In this document: positions 10,919 through 25,944 of the stretch, piece after piece
How the letters are laid out: each line of letters opens with the position of its first letter
Position numbering within the stretch: the stretch's first letter is position 1
Assembly (NCBI GenBank): GCA_951406725.2
Contig: OX597814.1
Location: forward strand, 12,648,001-12,712,000
Length of the DNA: 64,000 bases
Source of the DNA: Octopus vulgaris
Lineage: Eukaryota
Direction: 5' to 3'
Notes under the pieces: model-generated
Told to the model about the DNA's origin: nothing
The model's input: the letters and a program-made list of their open reading frames with translations, nothing else
Database searches by the model: none
Program-made: the position numbers and the translations under genes

Positions 10919-12199
10919 ATATATACGTGGTACTTAGAATTATGTCAGAAGTAGAAGCATTTCGAGAACCTGCTGTACATCTTGATCACTTTAATAAATG
11001 CTCGCACTCTAAAGTAAACCTATTCAGTTTTATCTAGCGGGGAAGTTAATTTTTCAATGTTCCTTCATAATGCAATACAAAACAGAGAAATCTTACAAAA
11101 AAAAAACTCAACACCACTCTTACTCTGTGAATCATTAATCAGTGAAACGAAATACACTTGATAATTGATTGGTATTATTGCCAGGTAGGTGACAATGCTT
11201 AATCGAAAAGCACATCGGTCAGTGAGGTGAGATTGCTAATAATAAATGCATAGTAATAGTGTGAATTCTCTATAGGTTTCTAATGTAATGGATAATTAAG
11301 ATATTGTCATTTTAGACATTGTAAGTACAAAATTCAGACATTATAATTATGGAATTACGGCATACTTATCGAAGCATTAGAAGTATCATATTCTCTGCTA
11401 TAAATTGATAATTAGAAATGTCTAATATAATTTACATTAAAGCCTTACTCGTTCATTCATAATTTACTAACTCTTAGTAATTTGCATTTAGCCAAAACGT
11501 CTGAGTATGGATGAATGAAAAGGAAGAGACAGGGAGAGAGAAAGAGAAAAAAGAAAGGGATAAAGAGAGAAAAAGAAAGTGAGAGAGAGAAAGAGGAGAG
11601 AGGGTGAGTGTGTTTGTGTGTGTGTCTGATTGCGGTGAGATATAATTAGCGAACTACGTTAATTCCCAGAAAATAAATATTACATTACAATTCTTTTACA
11701 GGTGGAAAGATTATTGAATACAATTAGATTGCAATATTTCTTCTCCAGTCTTCTATAGTTTAGTGAAGAGTACAGACAGGTACTCGTGATATTCATTAGA
11801 TTTTGTAGAATTGGTCACATCGTGACGTTCAGTTTGAACGTCTGTGAATCGTAGTCTGTTTCGAGAAATGTAGGTCTCATCGGATTTCCAGAAAATTAAC
11901 CTACTGAAGAAGAGAGAGAGTGTAGTAATAGAGAAGGATATTGAATTAATTCAATATTTCCTGCACCTACTGCTGAGAAAATTTGAGACCCAGATGCGTA
12001 TTATTAACTCCATCTTTCGTGTCAGTGCTTCGTATTGGCTTTCCTATTGATTTAAATCATACTACCTGGGTTAACAGCTATAGTTCATAATCGGTCTAAT
12101 GTAATATGCTCCACAACACTTGAAAATGTTAAGGTTTCGAAAATCCGTGTGTCAGAAGAAAGCAGTCACTCATATATTTGTTAATAAAATGGCAAATTA

Positions 12200-12740
12200 A
12201 TATCTGAGCGAGATTTATGCGGGAAGAGTATTTGATAGTAAAAGCTATTTGTCAATGTAACGTGGCAGTCCTGCTTAGGATGATCTTACTACTGTTTAAC
12301 CCCAGGTAAACATATTTTCCAGCTGTCTACCGACACATCATCTGTGTGCGTATACTGGGAGCAAGGGAGCTAATGCTCCTCCTTCAGCCTTAGCAATACC
12401 TGCAGACCAATGTTTCTGGATTATTTCTCTTCTTCAGTATGTGACAATTGCTGGGACAATTGTGAGCATTGTGGGCTCCCCTCCAGCCTAAGCGACACCT
12501 GCAGCCCAACGGTTACTCGCCTAGCTCACAGTATATATTCTTAGAAAGATGTTACTACTCTTTAGCCTCAGAAAAACATCTTTTCCAGCTGGCTATCGGC
12601 ACATCATCTTTCAGATGCTTACCTGGGTTTTTCTGGGGTTAAACAGTAGTAACACCGCCTTAAGCAGGACTGCCACTTTACGTTGGAAAATAGACTTTAT
12701 TATCCAGTACTGTTAATACATATTTCTCGCTCACAGATTT
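12200..12740. mobile_element. MITE-like element with ~105-bp imperfect terminal inverted repeats and internal direct repeats
   Basis: gtggcagtcctgctta...tactactgtttaacccc (left) pairs with ggggttaaacagtagtaa...taagcaggactgccac (right). Internal duplications of ttttccagctg..cacatcatct and cagcct.agc.a.acctgcag. Confidence 0.7.
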
Positions 12741-12818
12741 AAGAATAGGTGTATTTCTCTTCACGCACACACACACATCTCGACCAGGCTAGCGGTTATA
12801 CATACATACATACATACA

Positions 12819-12885
<67 letters not shown>

Positions 12886-12984
12886 ATGTATGTATATAAA
12901 TATATATATATATATATATATAAATTATATATATATATATATATATGTTATATATGTGTGTGTGTGTATTATATTTTATATAAA

Positions 12985-14435
12985 TTATAAAAAATATATA
13001 AGGATATTATCGTTTACAGTAATAGCAAGTGGCATAGCATGCGTGAAAATATGCGATTAAGCAAAAAAATTATTAATTAATAATTAAGGTAATTACTGGT
13101 AGCACTGGCACGCTAAAAATAGCAGTCAGAAGACAACTACAAAAAATGTTCACTGATACATATTAATTGAAGTCGGGAGAATGGGCAAAAATCCTAAACC
13201 CCTGTACCATTAACGAAAAGAATCGTAAACCGAAAAGTCAGACATACCCGTATCATCACGATTTTGGACTTTGTGAAGGATCTACTTCGTTCACATCAGT
13301 GAATCTCACTGACTACAAGGTTCATAGAACTTGCTTATCTCAAAAAATGTTCACGATGACCTTTTTCAATACTGCAGAATGAATAATAAAAATATATATA
13401 AGGATATTATAGTTTACACAAATATCAAGTTGCATAACATACATGAAAATATACCATGAGGTAAAAAAATAAATTACTTTATAATTAATGATACTACATG
13501 TAGCACCGGCACGCTAAAATTAGCAGTTAGAAGACTACTACAACAAATTTTCTCTAATCCATATTAATTGAAGTCGGGGAAATGAACAAAAATTCTAACC
13601 CTTAGTACCAATAAGGAAAATAATCGTAAATTGAAAAACCAGACATACCTGCATCGTCACGATTTCGAACATTGTGGAGGTTTCATTTACTTCTCATCAG
13701 CGACTCTCACTGACCACGAGGGTCATAGAACTTGCCTATCTTAATAAATGTGCGCGATGAGCTTTGTGATCAATGAGACTCACTGATGAGAACTAAGTTG
13801 AACCTCAACAAAGTTCGAAATTTTGACTATACGGGTATGTTTGGCTTTTCAACTTACGATTCCTTTCTAATTTGTACGGGGGCTTAGAATTTTTGGTCAT
13901 TCACCCCGATTTCAATTAATGTGCGCCAGTGAAAATTTGTGGCTGCTGTTGTCTTCTGACTGATTTTTTTAACGTGCCGGTTCCACCTCTAGTACCATTA
14001 ATTATTAATTAGCAATTCATTTTACATCATGTTATATTTTTGCGCATGGTATACCACTTGATATTATTGCAAACAATAATATCCTTATATATACTTTCAT
14101 AATTTATTATTCACAATGATCACCCTTTTAAATTTGCTGCAGCATTAAAAACGGTTATCGCGCATATTTGTTGCGATGGGTAATTTCTATGACCCTGGTG
14201 GTCATAGACAATTGCTGATGAGAACTAAGTGGAACCTCCACAAAGTTCGAAATCGTAACGATACAGGTATGTCTGACTTTTCAATTGACGATTCTTTCCT
14301 TTATTGGTACGAAGGCTTAGAACTTTTGGTCATTCCCCCGACTTCAATTAATGTATATCAGTGAAAATTTGTTGATGGAGTTGTATTCTGACTGCTATTT
14401 TTAGCGTGGTGTTCTACCTGTAGTACCCTTAATTA

Positions 14436-14440
<5 letters not shown>
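12985..14440. mobile_element. HHR-bearing repeat family B: two tandem 400-nt units followed by two inverted units
   Basis: aggatattat recurs at 13001 and 13401. 13783-14110 and 14135-14440 are reverse-complement copies. Every unit has a hammerhead motif. Confidence 0.85.
14206..14274 (+). ncRNA. Type I hammerhead ribozyme, intact core (family B)
   Basis: agaca-auug CUGAUGA GAACU-aa-GUGGA-acc-UCCAC-aa-AGUUC GAAA UCG-uaa-CGA UA cag-gua-ugucu. Predicted cleavage after A14263. Confidence 0.75.
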
Positions 14441-14480
<40 letters not shown>

Positions 14481-15574
14481 ACCACCAGGCTAGCGGTATG
14501 CATACACACACACATGCGCACACACATAATTATATATATATATACATATAAATAAACATATGTATACATACAGACATACATAAACATATGTATACATACA
14601 GACATATATATATATATATATGTGTGTATATATATATATATATAAACTTAAGGACCATAATTTAATTTTTTTAAAAATCCGCTGAAGTGTTGTTTTTAAA
14701 CCTATGAATAATGTAATATGATTTATAATTGAATAGTTTAAAGGATACTTATGATATTTTTCGATACTACCATTGTTACATTATACAAGTAAATAATCTT
14801 GAATTTCATTTTACGAATCAAGACTATAATTTGGTAGGCTGAAATTTGTAAACTAATTTAGTGACAATCGAGAATACATTAGTATTATTTATAAATGATG
14901 CACATACATACACACATAGACACACACATACACTTAAACACATACACGCATCAGACACACATCAGAGACACATAGACATATATACGCGCACACACAGTCA
15001 CACACACCATACACACACCCACACACATATATACCTAGACACACACACACACACGCATGGTTGTGTAGGCTTATTATAAAGTTCGCTTCGCAATCCCCTG
15101 CCTCTGGTTTTTGGCGAGATGATTGTCTGGGGTCAAAAACTTGCCTTTTCAGAGAATTTCGTACACGAAAACTGTCTAAAAGTTCGTCTTGTGCGTGTGT
15201 ATGTGTGGGAGTGTAGGTGTCTCTATGTTTCTTCCCACACAACTTGACAGCCGCTGTCGATTTGTTCAGCTGAAGTCTTCGAGGTTTGATCAAGAATGGC
15301 CGCTGTCCAATGAACGACACAAGTAAGTTAAAGTAGAAATAACCGAATATCAGAAATACATACGTCCGTACGTAAGTATGTATGCATGCATGTACGCATG
15401 CATGCATGCATGGATGTATACGTGTATGTATGCAGTATGTATGTATGCATGTAAATTTGATTAACTTCGATAAGTTTCGGCCAGTATAGGACCAGGTCAT
15501 GTCTAACTTAATAGCACGACTTCATGACGTCTTTTAGTCATATATGGGGCACCATGGCCCACTCTAGCAAGGAG

Positions 15575-18400
15575 TTATTATTAGTTGGAGATATATCCGT
15601 GTGTAGGAGGTTGATCTGGGATTTGGGGGAGAAATTTGTCCAAAGAACTTTTTAATTTTATGGGATCCGTTTCCATTTTGACGTATTAAAGAGAGCTGGA
15701 TCGGTTGAGGTAAAGTAGTTGTGTTGTAATGTTCTTATGTGTCCTGAGTTCAATTTTGTAGTGGGCGGACAGCACGAGGGCCAAGTCTTGTGTGGATTTT
15801 AAAATTAATGCCAACGTCATTTGTGCAATATTGATGGAATAATTTCCACATGACAGAAACGATGTAGTGTTCCCGGCGGCGTTGGAGAGAGTAGAGATTG
15901 AGTTTTTTTAGTCGACCCCCAAAAGTCAATGCCTCTCATGCCATCTATCTCTCCTGTTATTGATTTCTGGAGTACTCTCACTTTCATAATGTGTTGCTTC
16001 GTGTGGGGAGGCCACTGTGGGCAACAGTATTCAAGGTGGGGTTGAGCTAAAGTAGAGTAGGGAAGGATGATTGTTTGGGCATCTCTAGACCGGAAAGTAC
16101 TCAGAATCCAGGAGCACATCTTGCGTGCCAAGTCAACCTTGCTGTTTACGTGGGAACTCCAGCTTAGATTGTTATCAACAATTACTCCGAGGTCTCTGGT
16201 GTCGTTGGATGAGTCGCTCGAGGGAAGGCCAGATGGTAGTTTTAGAGTATCTTCTCTTCCAAAGCGGATCAAATTAAACTTATATTCATTTAGAAGCATA
16301 TTATTCATTTCCGCCCATTGGACAACAGGAAACAGATCCGGATGAAGGTATGTTCGATCTCCCCTACCTTTTATGGCGTTCTGAAGTTTGGAATGATCTA
16401 CAAAGATTTTCAATGTCGAATGTCTGATAACGTCTTCTATGTCATTGATATAGATAATGAATATAGATAAATACAGTACCTTTTGGATCACCACTACCGA
16501 CTTTGGCTGAGTTTGATCAGATTCCCTTAAACAGAACGTTGGGTTCTGTTCGTCAAGAAATGCTTTATCCACTGCATCAGCTTTCCAATGCTGGACAGTT
16601 TCTTCAGCAGGACTTTGTGCTCTACTCTGTCAAATGCCTTGGTGAGATCAAGTTATGTGACATCAGTGTTGGAGTCTTCTTCCGAAGATTTTAAAATGTT
16701 ATCAAACTGGCGCAGAAGCTGCAACAGGTGGTACCTACCATAACGGAAACCGTGTTGGTTGGGGTTTAGTAGATTGTTGTCTTGGGGGCAGTGAGTTATT
16801 CGCGATCTCACACACTCTCAAATATTTTAATGATACGAGAGGTGAGTGAAATCGTATGGTAGTTCACTGCAAGAGATTTGTGTTCTTTTCTGAAAACTAG
16901 AACAATAGGCTGGGAAAGAAAATGATCAGGAATGTAACCTGCGCCAAGTGAGTTCCTTCAGAGCTCAGCTAGAGAGGGTGCAATTTGATGTCGACACTTC
17001 TTCAGGACAGTGGCCAAGAATTTATTTATTTCTGTTTGGATAGCAGGAGCACCAAAAGTTATGTCAGATATAGTTAGTTGAGGGTTTACATCACTGATAC
17101 TAGCCAGATCAACCGCATTAGCGTTACTGAAAACACAGCAATATTGTTTCTTCAATATCTTGCTCATGGATTTTGCATCATCATGTAGAGTGTTGCTCTC
17201 ATCAACTAGATAACCAACAGTGGAAACAGCGACTTTATGTCTTTTTGCAAATGAGATTGAGTTTCATTTTCTCAATGGCCCAATTCTCCATCGCAGCTCT
17301 TTGTTTGTTACTGATGGTCATCCTGCTTTTTTGGAGGCTGTGTTTTTTCGATTCGAGTGATGCAATTGGCAGTCGAATGGGTGCGTTGCTGCTGGCAGTA
17401 TTTATGTTGGTTGATTTTCTTGTTAATTCTTTTTATTTTTCTCTGATAATTGCTCTTCTATTTCTAGGGATTGTGCACTTTGATCTGTTTACTGATCTTA
17501 ATGGGGTATGTTTTGCGAATACATTTGTTACATATCTACAAGTGTCTGCTATGATGTGTTTATGTTCGTGGATGTGTGTGCGTGCGTTACGGCCCAATCA
17601 ACTTGTGAAAGATCATGATTGATTGCATTCCAGTCTGCGTTATAAAGATCCATAGTGCCAAATGGATGGGCTGGAGAGATTTCATTGGGATTGGTCTTTG
17701 TTTGGTAGAATCTCAGATCAGAGAGAACCCTGTCATAGTGTAAGAGTAGTGGTGTTTATTTTTTCCACTGAAATATTGTGGATAGTGTCAGTGTGGTTAC
17801 TGAACACTAGGTCTAAGGTGTATTTGTGACACCTTGTTGGTTCGAGAACCTGTTGGATCAGGAAAAAGTTATCCAGGAAATCAAAAAGCAATTCGATTGC
17901 TTCCTTATCAGGGGTTGAAGTGGAAATACCTGGTTTCCAGCTGTTTGTGGACCAATCAACACTATGGGAAGGTTGAAGTTCCCCATCATTAATATGTTGT
18001 CTGCATGACACAGGTGGATGAAACACTTAATTCTGTGGAGGCATCCTTTGAAGCGTAGCAAAGGAGTCGGTGTGATCTATAGAGTCCCAAAACTATTAAA
18101 TTGTTCGTTTTACTATAAGCTGCTTCGCAGTAGCCATTGGTAAATACGTCCATTGCTTCAGCCGAAAAAGAATCGTACATGAAAATGGCGGTCCCACCCT
18201 TTCTTCTGCTAACACAATATGCAGTAATAGCTGTAAAATTCTTCAATCTCACCCCAGCTTCTAGTCGGGGTTACTTAGATGGCACTCATTGAGGACGAAG
18301 AAAGGAATATGGTGTGGACGGTCATTAAGGCAATCCTCAATAAATTGTCTCTACCATTTTTGGACATTGGTGGAAGGGCTGATGCCTTGTACATGTTGAG
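15575..18400 (-). mobile_element. Degenerate CR1-group LINE ORF2 (APE + RT)
   Basis: RRKGGTAIF, MGNFNLP, EPTR..TLDLVFSN, PISLTSRIIKIFE, NQHGFR, DLTKAFDRV, FIIYINDI, RDLGVIVDNNLSWSSHV, PHLEYCCPQW, with many stops and frameshifts. Confidence 0.88.
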
Positions 18401-18508
18401 ACAATAGCAGTGGCTGATTTTGACTGTTTTGGGGATTTGCTTGTTAATGGCAGCAGTGTCTGTCTGTCTATCTGTCTGTCTGTCTGTATGTATGTATGTA
18501 TATATGCT

Positions 18509-18540
<32 letters not shown>

Positions 18541-19499
18541 TGTATGTATGTATGTATGTATGTACGTACGTATATATGCGTATATATATGTATGTATGCA
18601 TGTGTATGTTCGTATGTATGTAAGTTCATATTTATGCATGTATGTATGTATGTATTTATCTACGTTTGTATGTTACTTTACACTTTGCCATGAAACATTT
18701 TGAATGCGTGTTTAAGACTCCGGGCAATGAAGTAATAAAAACACTCACATACACACACTGGTGTGATTAAAATACTCTGACTTCACCCCAGTGTTTGGAA
18801 ATATAGAAGAACTTAGTAAAATAACTTTTTAAGATAACATTAATAACCTAGTCTTTGGAGCATAAATAAACTTGAAATTTCGATAGAAAATTTTAATTTC
18901 GATCGCTTTAGCATACATTTCTCATTAAACACTCGGTGGGTGAACTAGTACGTTTCCATAAATTTTCTATTTATATATTCCAAAATTATTGCTTAGATTC
19001 CCGCCAGCGTTTATCTGTAAAATTACATTCGATATTAATCAACACTAGATATAATGCTTCGCAGTATTTATTCCATCTCTTTGCGCTCTGAGTTCAAATC
19101 TAAGGTTTGCCTTGCATTTCAGATTCTATAAAATGTAACAAACACGAGTGTTGGAATAGCGGGTTTGTAAGGACATTAGACCAGATGCTTTGCGATTTTG
19201 TTGTGTTGCCCTTTCTTTTTAATGAGTTCAAATTCAGCTATAGTATAATTCTGTGATTGTATTAAGACTTTTTCCAGTATGAAAACTACCGTTTAACACT
19301 TTGGTTGCCTTAAGTGGGTTTCAGTTGTCCATTTGAATAAATAATTGATAACTTCCCTTTCATCAGAGTCGGAATCTTATCTCTTGCAAAAACATAAATT
19401 TCAAGTGTAAAACGGAAATATAACATTAAAGTACTCTACAGCAATGCACCTATATACATTTTTTGTGATCACCATGATACAATTACAATGCCAAGGTAA

Positions 19500-19990
19500 T
19501 GGATTTTTTCCTCTTCAGTAGAAAATACGAATCGAAATAAATGAAATAATTATATGCACCCATGGGAAAAAAGCAGAAGCAAAAGTCATGTACATATAAG
19601 TACCCCTGATATATCTAACTATAAAATCCTTTGGTTAGCCTCAGCACACGTGTGAACTGTTCTCCACCACAGCTTATAGTGGTTACCAACCCCTATAGCG
19701 AATAATAATAAATCTATTACTAATATAGGATGAATTTTTTTTACAGAAAAAAATTCCATCAAAAAATTATTTTCTACTGAAGAGGAAAAAATCTATAATA
19801 AGATTAATTCCGAAATTGATTCAATATAGAAATAACGAACTTTTTAAAAAATTCTGTTGGCTAGTTTTCCTCGATTTCAGCACATCGTACATCTGTAGTG
19901 GGTACAATAATATGTGGAAATTGACGATTTAAAAGTCTGTTATCAGCATATTGGCATAGATATAATTTTCTTTTACCCTTGTTTATAAGT
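19500..19990. mobile_element. Diverged head-to-head copy of HHR repeat family A
   Basis: 19500-19695 aligns by eye to 3533-3720, and 19770-19990 aligns to 4245-4480. Confidence 0.65.
19771..19832 (+). ncRNA. Type I hammerhead ribozyme, fully paired
   Basis: UUUCUA CUGAAGA GGAA-aa-AAUCU-auaaua-AGAUU-aa-UUCC GAAA UUG-auu-CAA UA UAGAAA. All three stems pair and the core is canonical. Predicted cleavage after A19826. Confidence 0.85.
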
Positions 19991-20172
19991 TGTTTATATA
20001 TATATATATATATATATCTTGCCCGAAATGGTCGTAACTTCGTGACGTCTGGAACTTGACTGAGGAAAGACAGCCACGAATGACTCGTCTTTTTTTGACT
20101 GTCCTTCTAATTGTTGTTTCTCTTGTCGGCCTTTGTATCTTCTATCCGTCCTCTATTGCATTTTTGTTCCAG

Positions 20173-20215
<43 letters not shown>

Positions 20216-20329
20216 GTGTGTGTGTGTGTGAGGTGTATACACACAGGCACACATGCACACACATACACACACACACAAACATATATATACACACACACAT
20301 GCACATACACATGCACAGACACATGATGG

Positions 20330-21530
<1,201 letters not shown>

Positions 21531-21537
21531 ATAGTTT

Positions 21538-21608
<71 letters not shown>

Positions 21609-22122
21609 TTGTGTGCATGAGTGTCTGCTCTTTCCACTGGCTCACCTTGATTTTCTGTGTGTGTTGTTCGCGTGTTTTCGTTCGTGTAACAGTAATATAA
21701 CTATTAATATTATTGGCTCATAAATGTTTGATTCAAAATATTTCTGTACCAAATGCTTGTTTATTACAGGTCATCGAATATGTTTTGTAGAGAGGAGTTG
21801 TTATGGTGCTAATTTAGTATATAATATTATGTGCTTGAATAGGATTTACGTAAACTAGTGGCTTAAATATAGATTATAGTAACGAAGTAGTATGAATCAA
21901 TATTTAATTTGAGAATTCAATAGCGTTGATTAACCCTTAATAACAACTAATAAGTATTTCTCACTACACAGATATACCAGCATAATTATTTCTGTGTGTA
22001 CATATGTGTATGTGTATGAGTGTAAGTACTATGTAATATATGTATGTATGTATGTATGTATGCATGCATGTATGTATGTATGTATGTATGTATGTATGTA
22101 TGTATGTATGTATGTATGTATG

Positions 22123-22153
<31 letters not shown>

Positions 22154-22521
22154 GTACGTTTTTGTATGTACGTATGTATGTATGCATTTAGGTATGTATG
22201 TATGAAAACATGCATGCTTTTCTGTATGTATGTATAGATGTATGTATGTATGTATGTATGTATGTATGTATGTATGTATGTATGTATGTATGTATGTATG
22301 TACGTACGTATTTATGTATGCATTTATGTATGTATGTATGTAAGCATGCATGCTTGTATTTATGTATGTATCTATATGCATTTCTGCGTTAAGTATTTTC
22401 CATGGTAGTAATATGGTTTTTTAAGATATGTTTATCTAGCTATATATATATATATATATATATGTATATGAGGTCTAATCAATAAGTATATCAGGACTCT
22501 TTAATAACATCTCTTTAATAA

Positions 22522-22660
22522 CATCAATGGTGTGGAAAGGGGAGGTTGGTATGCAAAGGCGACTGTTGGTCTACCATAAACAACCTTGCCCGAACTGGTG
22601 CCTCAGAGGGTATCATTCTAGGTGCATTTTCATGGTCATTCATCACCGAAGGGGATTTTA
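22522..22660 (+). mobile_element. 3' tail of SINE family S3
   Basis: Matches 52138-52275. Confidence 0.75.
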
Positions 22661-23276
22661 CACTTTATATACATATTATGTATGTATGCTACATATATAT
22701 GTACGTGCATACATGTACATGTTTTCAGTGAATCAGTTCTCGAATGTCTTATAATCTAGCTACCTTATCTGGATAAAATAATACTACAGAACAAGTGTTC
22801 TCTATTGGTAGTACATAGCCCTAGCGAATAATAAAGGAACAAAAGAGGGTAAGTGACCCTTCACTTCCCACCATTTTACTCCACTTCCCCCTACTCACCT
22901 TTCCAGCAGTAATCAATTTTTCTCCCTTCATCTTTTTTATGATGGGGATGATTATTATGGCAATGTCTTTGCAACTCATGCTTCCGACGAAAATATTAGT
23001 TGATTCCAGATTAATGATACTAATATTTCATGCTTAATGTGAGTTGATGATTATTCTCAATATTTGTTGTTTATAAATATTGCCTCATTACATACACGTA
23101 TTTGCATAATATTCATCATCGATCTCAACTTATCTTCATATTGTATATGAATCTGTATGTGTAACATCTCATGTAAATGTTTTTCCAGCCATTAATTACT
23201 ATTACCTAGAGATAGGCAGACACACACACAGACATACAAAAATATATATGTACATATCTCTCTATCTATCTATCTC

Positions 23277-23375
<99 letters not shown>

Positions 23376-23443
23376 CTATCTCTCTCTTTATCTACCTCTC
23401 TATTTCTATCTCAATCTATCTCGCTGTCTATCTATCTGTCTAC

Positions 23444-23493
<50 letters not shown>

Positions 23494-23659
23494 CCATCTA
23501 GCTCTCTATATCTATCTATCTCTATCTGAGAGGTTTGTGTATCCAGAAGATCTAAAAGGCAGGTAAGTCTATGTAAGTGCTACGGAAGAAGCGTTGTTAG
23601 ACTCCCGGTTCGTTAATAGTATGAGTGAGGAGTCTAACGTGGATCGTATGTATTTTGAA

Positions 23660-24026
23660 TAATATGGGACAAGAAAGCCAAGGCAGTGTGAAATTTCTAG
23701 GAGATTTTATAAAGAGAAAGTTGGTCTTACAGCTGTTTTAGGTATATAAATGATATCCCATCATAAGAGACGATATGACAACGTTAAACAGAAGGAAATA
23801 GTAGAGTTCAATACAAGATATTATTTTGAAAAGGGAAAGATATAGGAATTATAAAGGGAAATATAAAAAAATATAAGTATTTTAATATTTTTGCTTCCCA
23901 ACCACTTGTTTTCAGGTTTAGTCCCACTGCGTGACATCTTGAGTAAGTTTCTTCTACTAAAACCTCGGACCAATCAAAGCCTTTTGAGTGGATTTGGTAG
24001 ACGGAAACTGTAAGAAGCCCATAATC

Positions 24027-24078
<52 letters not shown>

Positions 24079-24531
24079 TTGTGTGTCTGGGTCTTCCCAA
24101 CCATCGCTTGACAACCGATGTTATTCCGTTTACGTCCCAGTAACTTATCAGTTCTGCAAAAGAGACCGATGGAATTAGTACAAGGCTTACAAAGTATAAG
24201 TCCTAGTGTCGATTTGTTCGACTAAAGGGAGGGGGTGCTCCAGCATGACCGCAGTCAAAAAACTGACACCAATAAAATAATAAAAGAATATATATATATT
24301 CTTTATATTTATATTATATATATTTATTCTTTATTTCCCTTTTTCCTTCCTATATCTCTTCCTTTCCATAACTTCTTATACTCAACTCTACTATTTTCTT
24401 CTGTTTAACTCTATTATATTGTGTCTGATGATGGGATATCCTTTATATCCCTGAAAGATCTATAAGATTACCTTTCTCTTTATCAAATGTTGTATAAATT
24501 TCACATTGACTTGGCTTTCTTGTTTCATTTT

Positions 24532-24532
<1 letters not shown>
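23660..24532. mobile_element. HHR repeat family C: inverted pair (23660-23888 / 24290-24532) with a SINE at the centre
   Basis: The arms are reverse complements. Decayed HHR on - at 23724-23771; HHR on + at 24425-24468 (CUGAUGA u GGGAUAU-ccuuu-AUAUCCC u GAAA). Confidence 0.7.
23890..24288 (+). mobile_element. SINE S1, 5'-truncated
   Basis: gtcccactgcgtg...gtggatttggtagacggaaactg...(TA)n...gctccagcatgaccgcagtc. Confidence 0.85.
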
Positions 24533-24592
<60 letters not shown>

Positions 24593-24705
24593 ATATGTAT
24601 ATATATATATATATATCAACAAAAGATATAAACAAAATACCTTTAAAGGTATTTTTAACATGCTGGCCATTGATAGAATCTTTTGAAAAATTTTATCCTA
24701 CATTA

Positions 24706-24742
<37 letters not shown>

Positions 24743-24959
24743 TAAATTAGAGATAAAACCACTATTAGGCAAATCAAACAGTGAAAGACATAAACCAAAA
24801 CATAAAAATAAAGATAGAAAGTATGGTGGGTGATTGCACGTGGTTGAATATATACGGAAAGAAATAAGAAAGTTTGTTTTACAAGATTAGAGAGAATATT
24901 AGCCTCATAATAGCAAAAGCATTATACAATATTGTACGAAATAAGATTTTATTCTTCCA

Positions 24960-25435
24960 ACAACCATTTCCAAAATACATCAGAAGTTATATTAGAGATG
25001 ACTACTTGAAAAGATCAAAGAAGAAGCAGTTATGATTTCATTTGATGTGATAAACCTATACACCTAACATACCCCATAATTATGAAGTAGACGCAATCCG
25101 GTTCTGGCTGGACAAATATCCAGAAGAAATACAAGAACGGATCAACAAAGATTTCATTACCGAATCAATAAAATTAATCCTTCCAGGCAACCGTTTCATG
25201 TTTGACGCCATTGTTTATCGTCAAAAATCCGGAATTGCCATGGGAACCAGGGCAGCCCCGACCATTTCCAACCTAAAAATGGGAAATTTAGAATACTGAA
25301 TTATTCTCAAGAATGATGGACGCAAGAGTAAAAAGGTGTGTTCGTCCAAACTGCGGAACATGTCCCAATCTTTTGGAAGGACAAGGACAAAAATTCAAAA
25401 TTAACTCTTCACTTGCGCCTCTGAAAACCTCATGC
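24960..25435 (+). mobile_element. Penelope-like element fragment (RT core plus Cys-rich linker before GIY-YIG)
   Basis: VMISFDVINLYT, YRQKSGIAMGTRAAPTISNL, then RCVRPNCGTCP..FTCASENL after an internal deletion. Confidence 0.85.
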
Positions 25436-25819
25436 AATGTCTAATACACAATTGCATCCAAAACTCAAAATTTGAAAAACGATAGCGAAATCGGTTATCG
25501 TATTGGAAGAACAAAAAATCTTATTTCGTACAATATTGTATAATACATTTGCTATTATGATTCTAATATATTCTTTAGTCTTATAAAACAAATCTGTGTC
25601 TTTTTCATCCTATTTGCTTCCGTATGCATGCATGTATGTATGTATGTATGTATGTATGTATGTATGTATGTATGTATGTATGTATGTATGTACGAATGTA
25701 TGTATGTATGCATGTATGCGTGTATGTATATATATATATATAGACATATATATAAGAATTTCTGTGTAATGAGATAAAAAACCAAGGCTGTGTAGATATT
25801 AGAACATTTATATATAGAA

Positions 25820-25872
25820 GGTCTTACAGCTGTTTCCATGATATTTATTAATTATATCCCTTCATCAGAGGG
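25820..25872 (-). ncRNA. Hammerhead motif (family C) with palindromic stem III
   Basis: cu CUGAUGA agggauau..auaucaug GAAA CAGCUG UA ag. The core is intact and the stems are partly eroded. Confidence 0.55.
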
Positions 25873-25873
25873 A

Positions 25874-25922
<49 letters not shown>

Positions 25923-25944
25923 TATGGTTTATTTTGCATTGTAG

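Noticed and set aside
22812-22855. Short open segment YIALANNKGTKEG ending at a strong gtaagt donor
   Set aside because: Weak acceptor, and a phase-0 start incompatible with the phase-1 upstream exon. The FAG-GPIP junction needs no extra exon.
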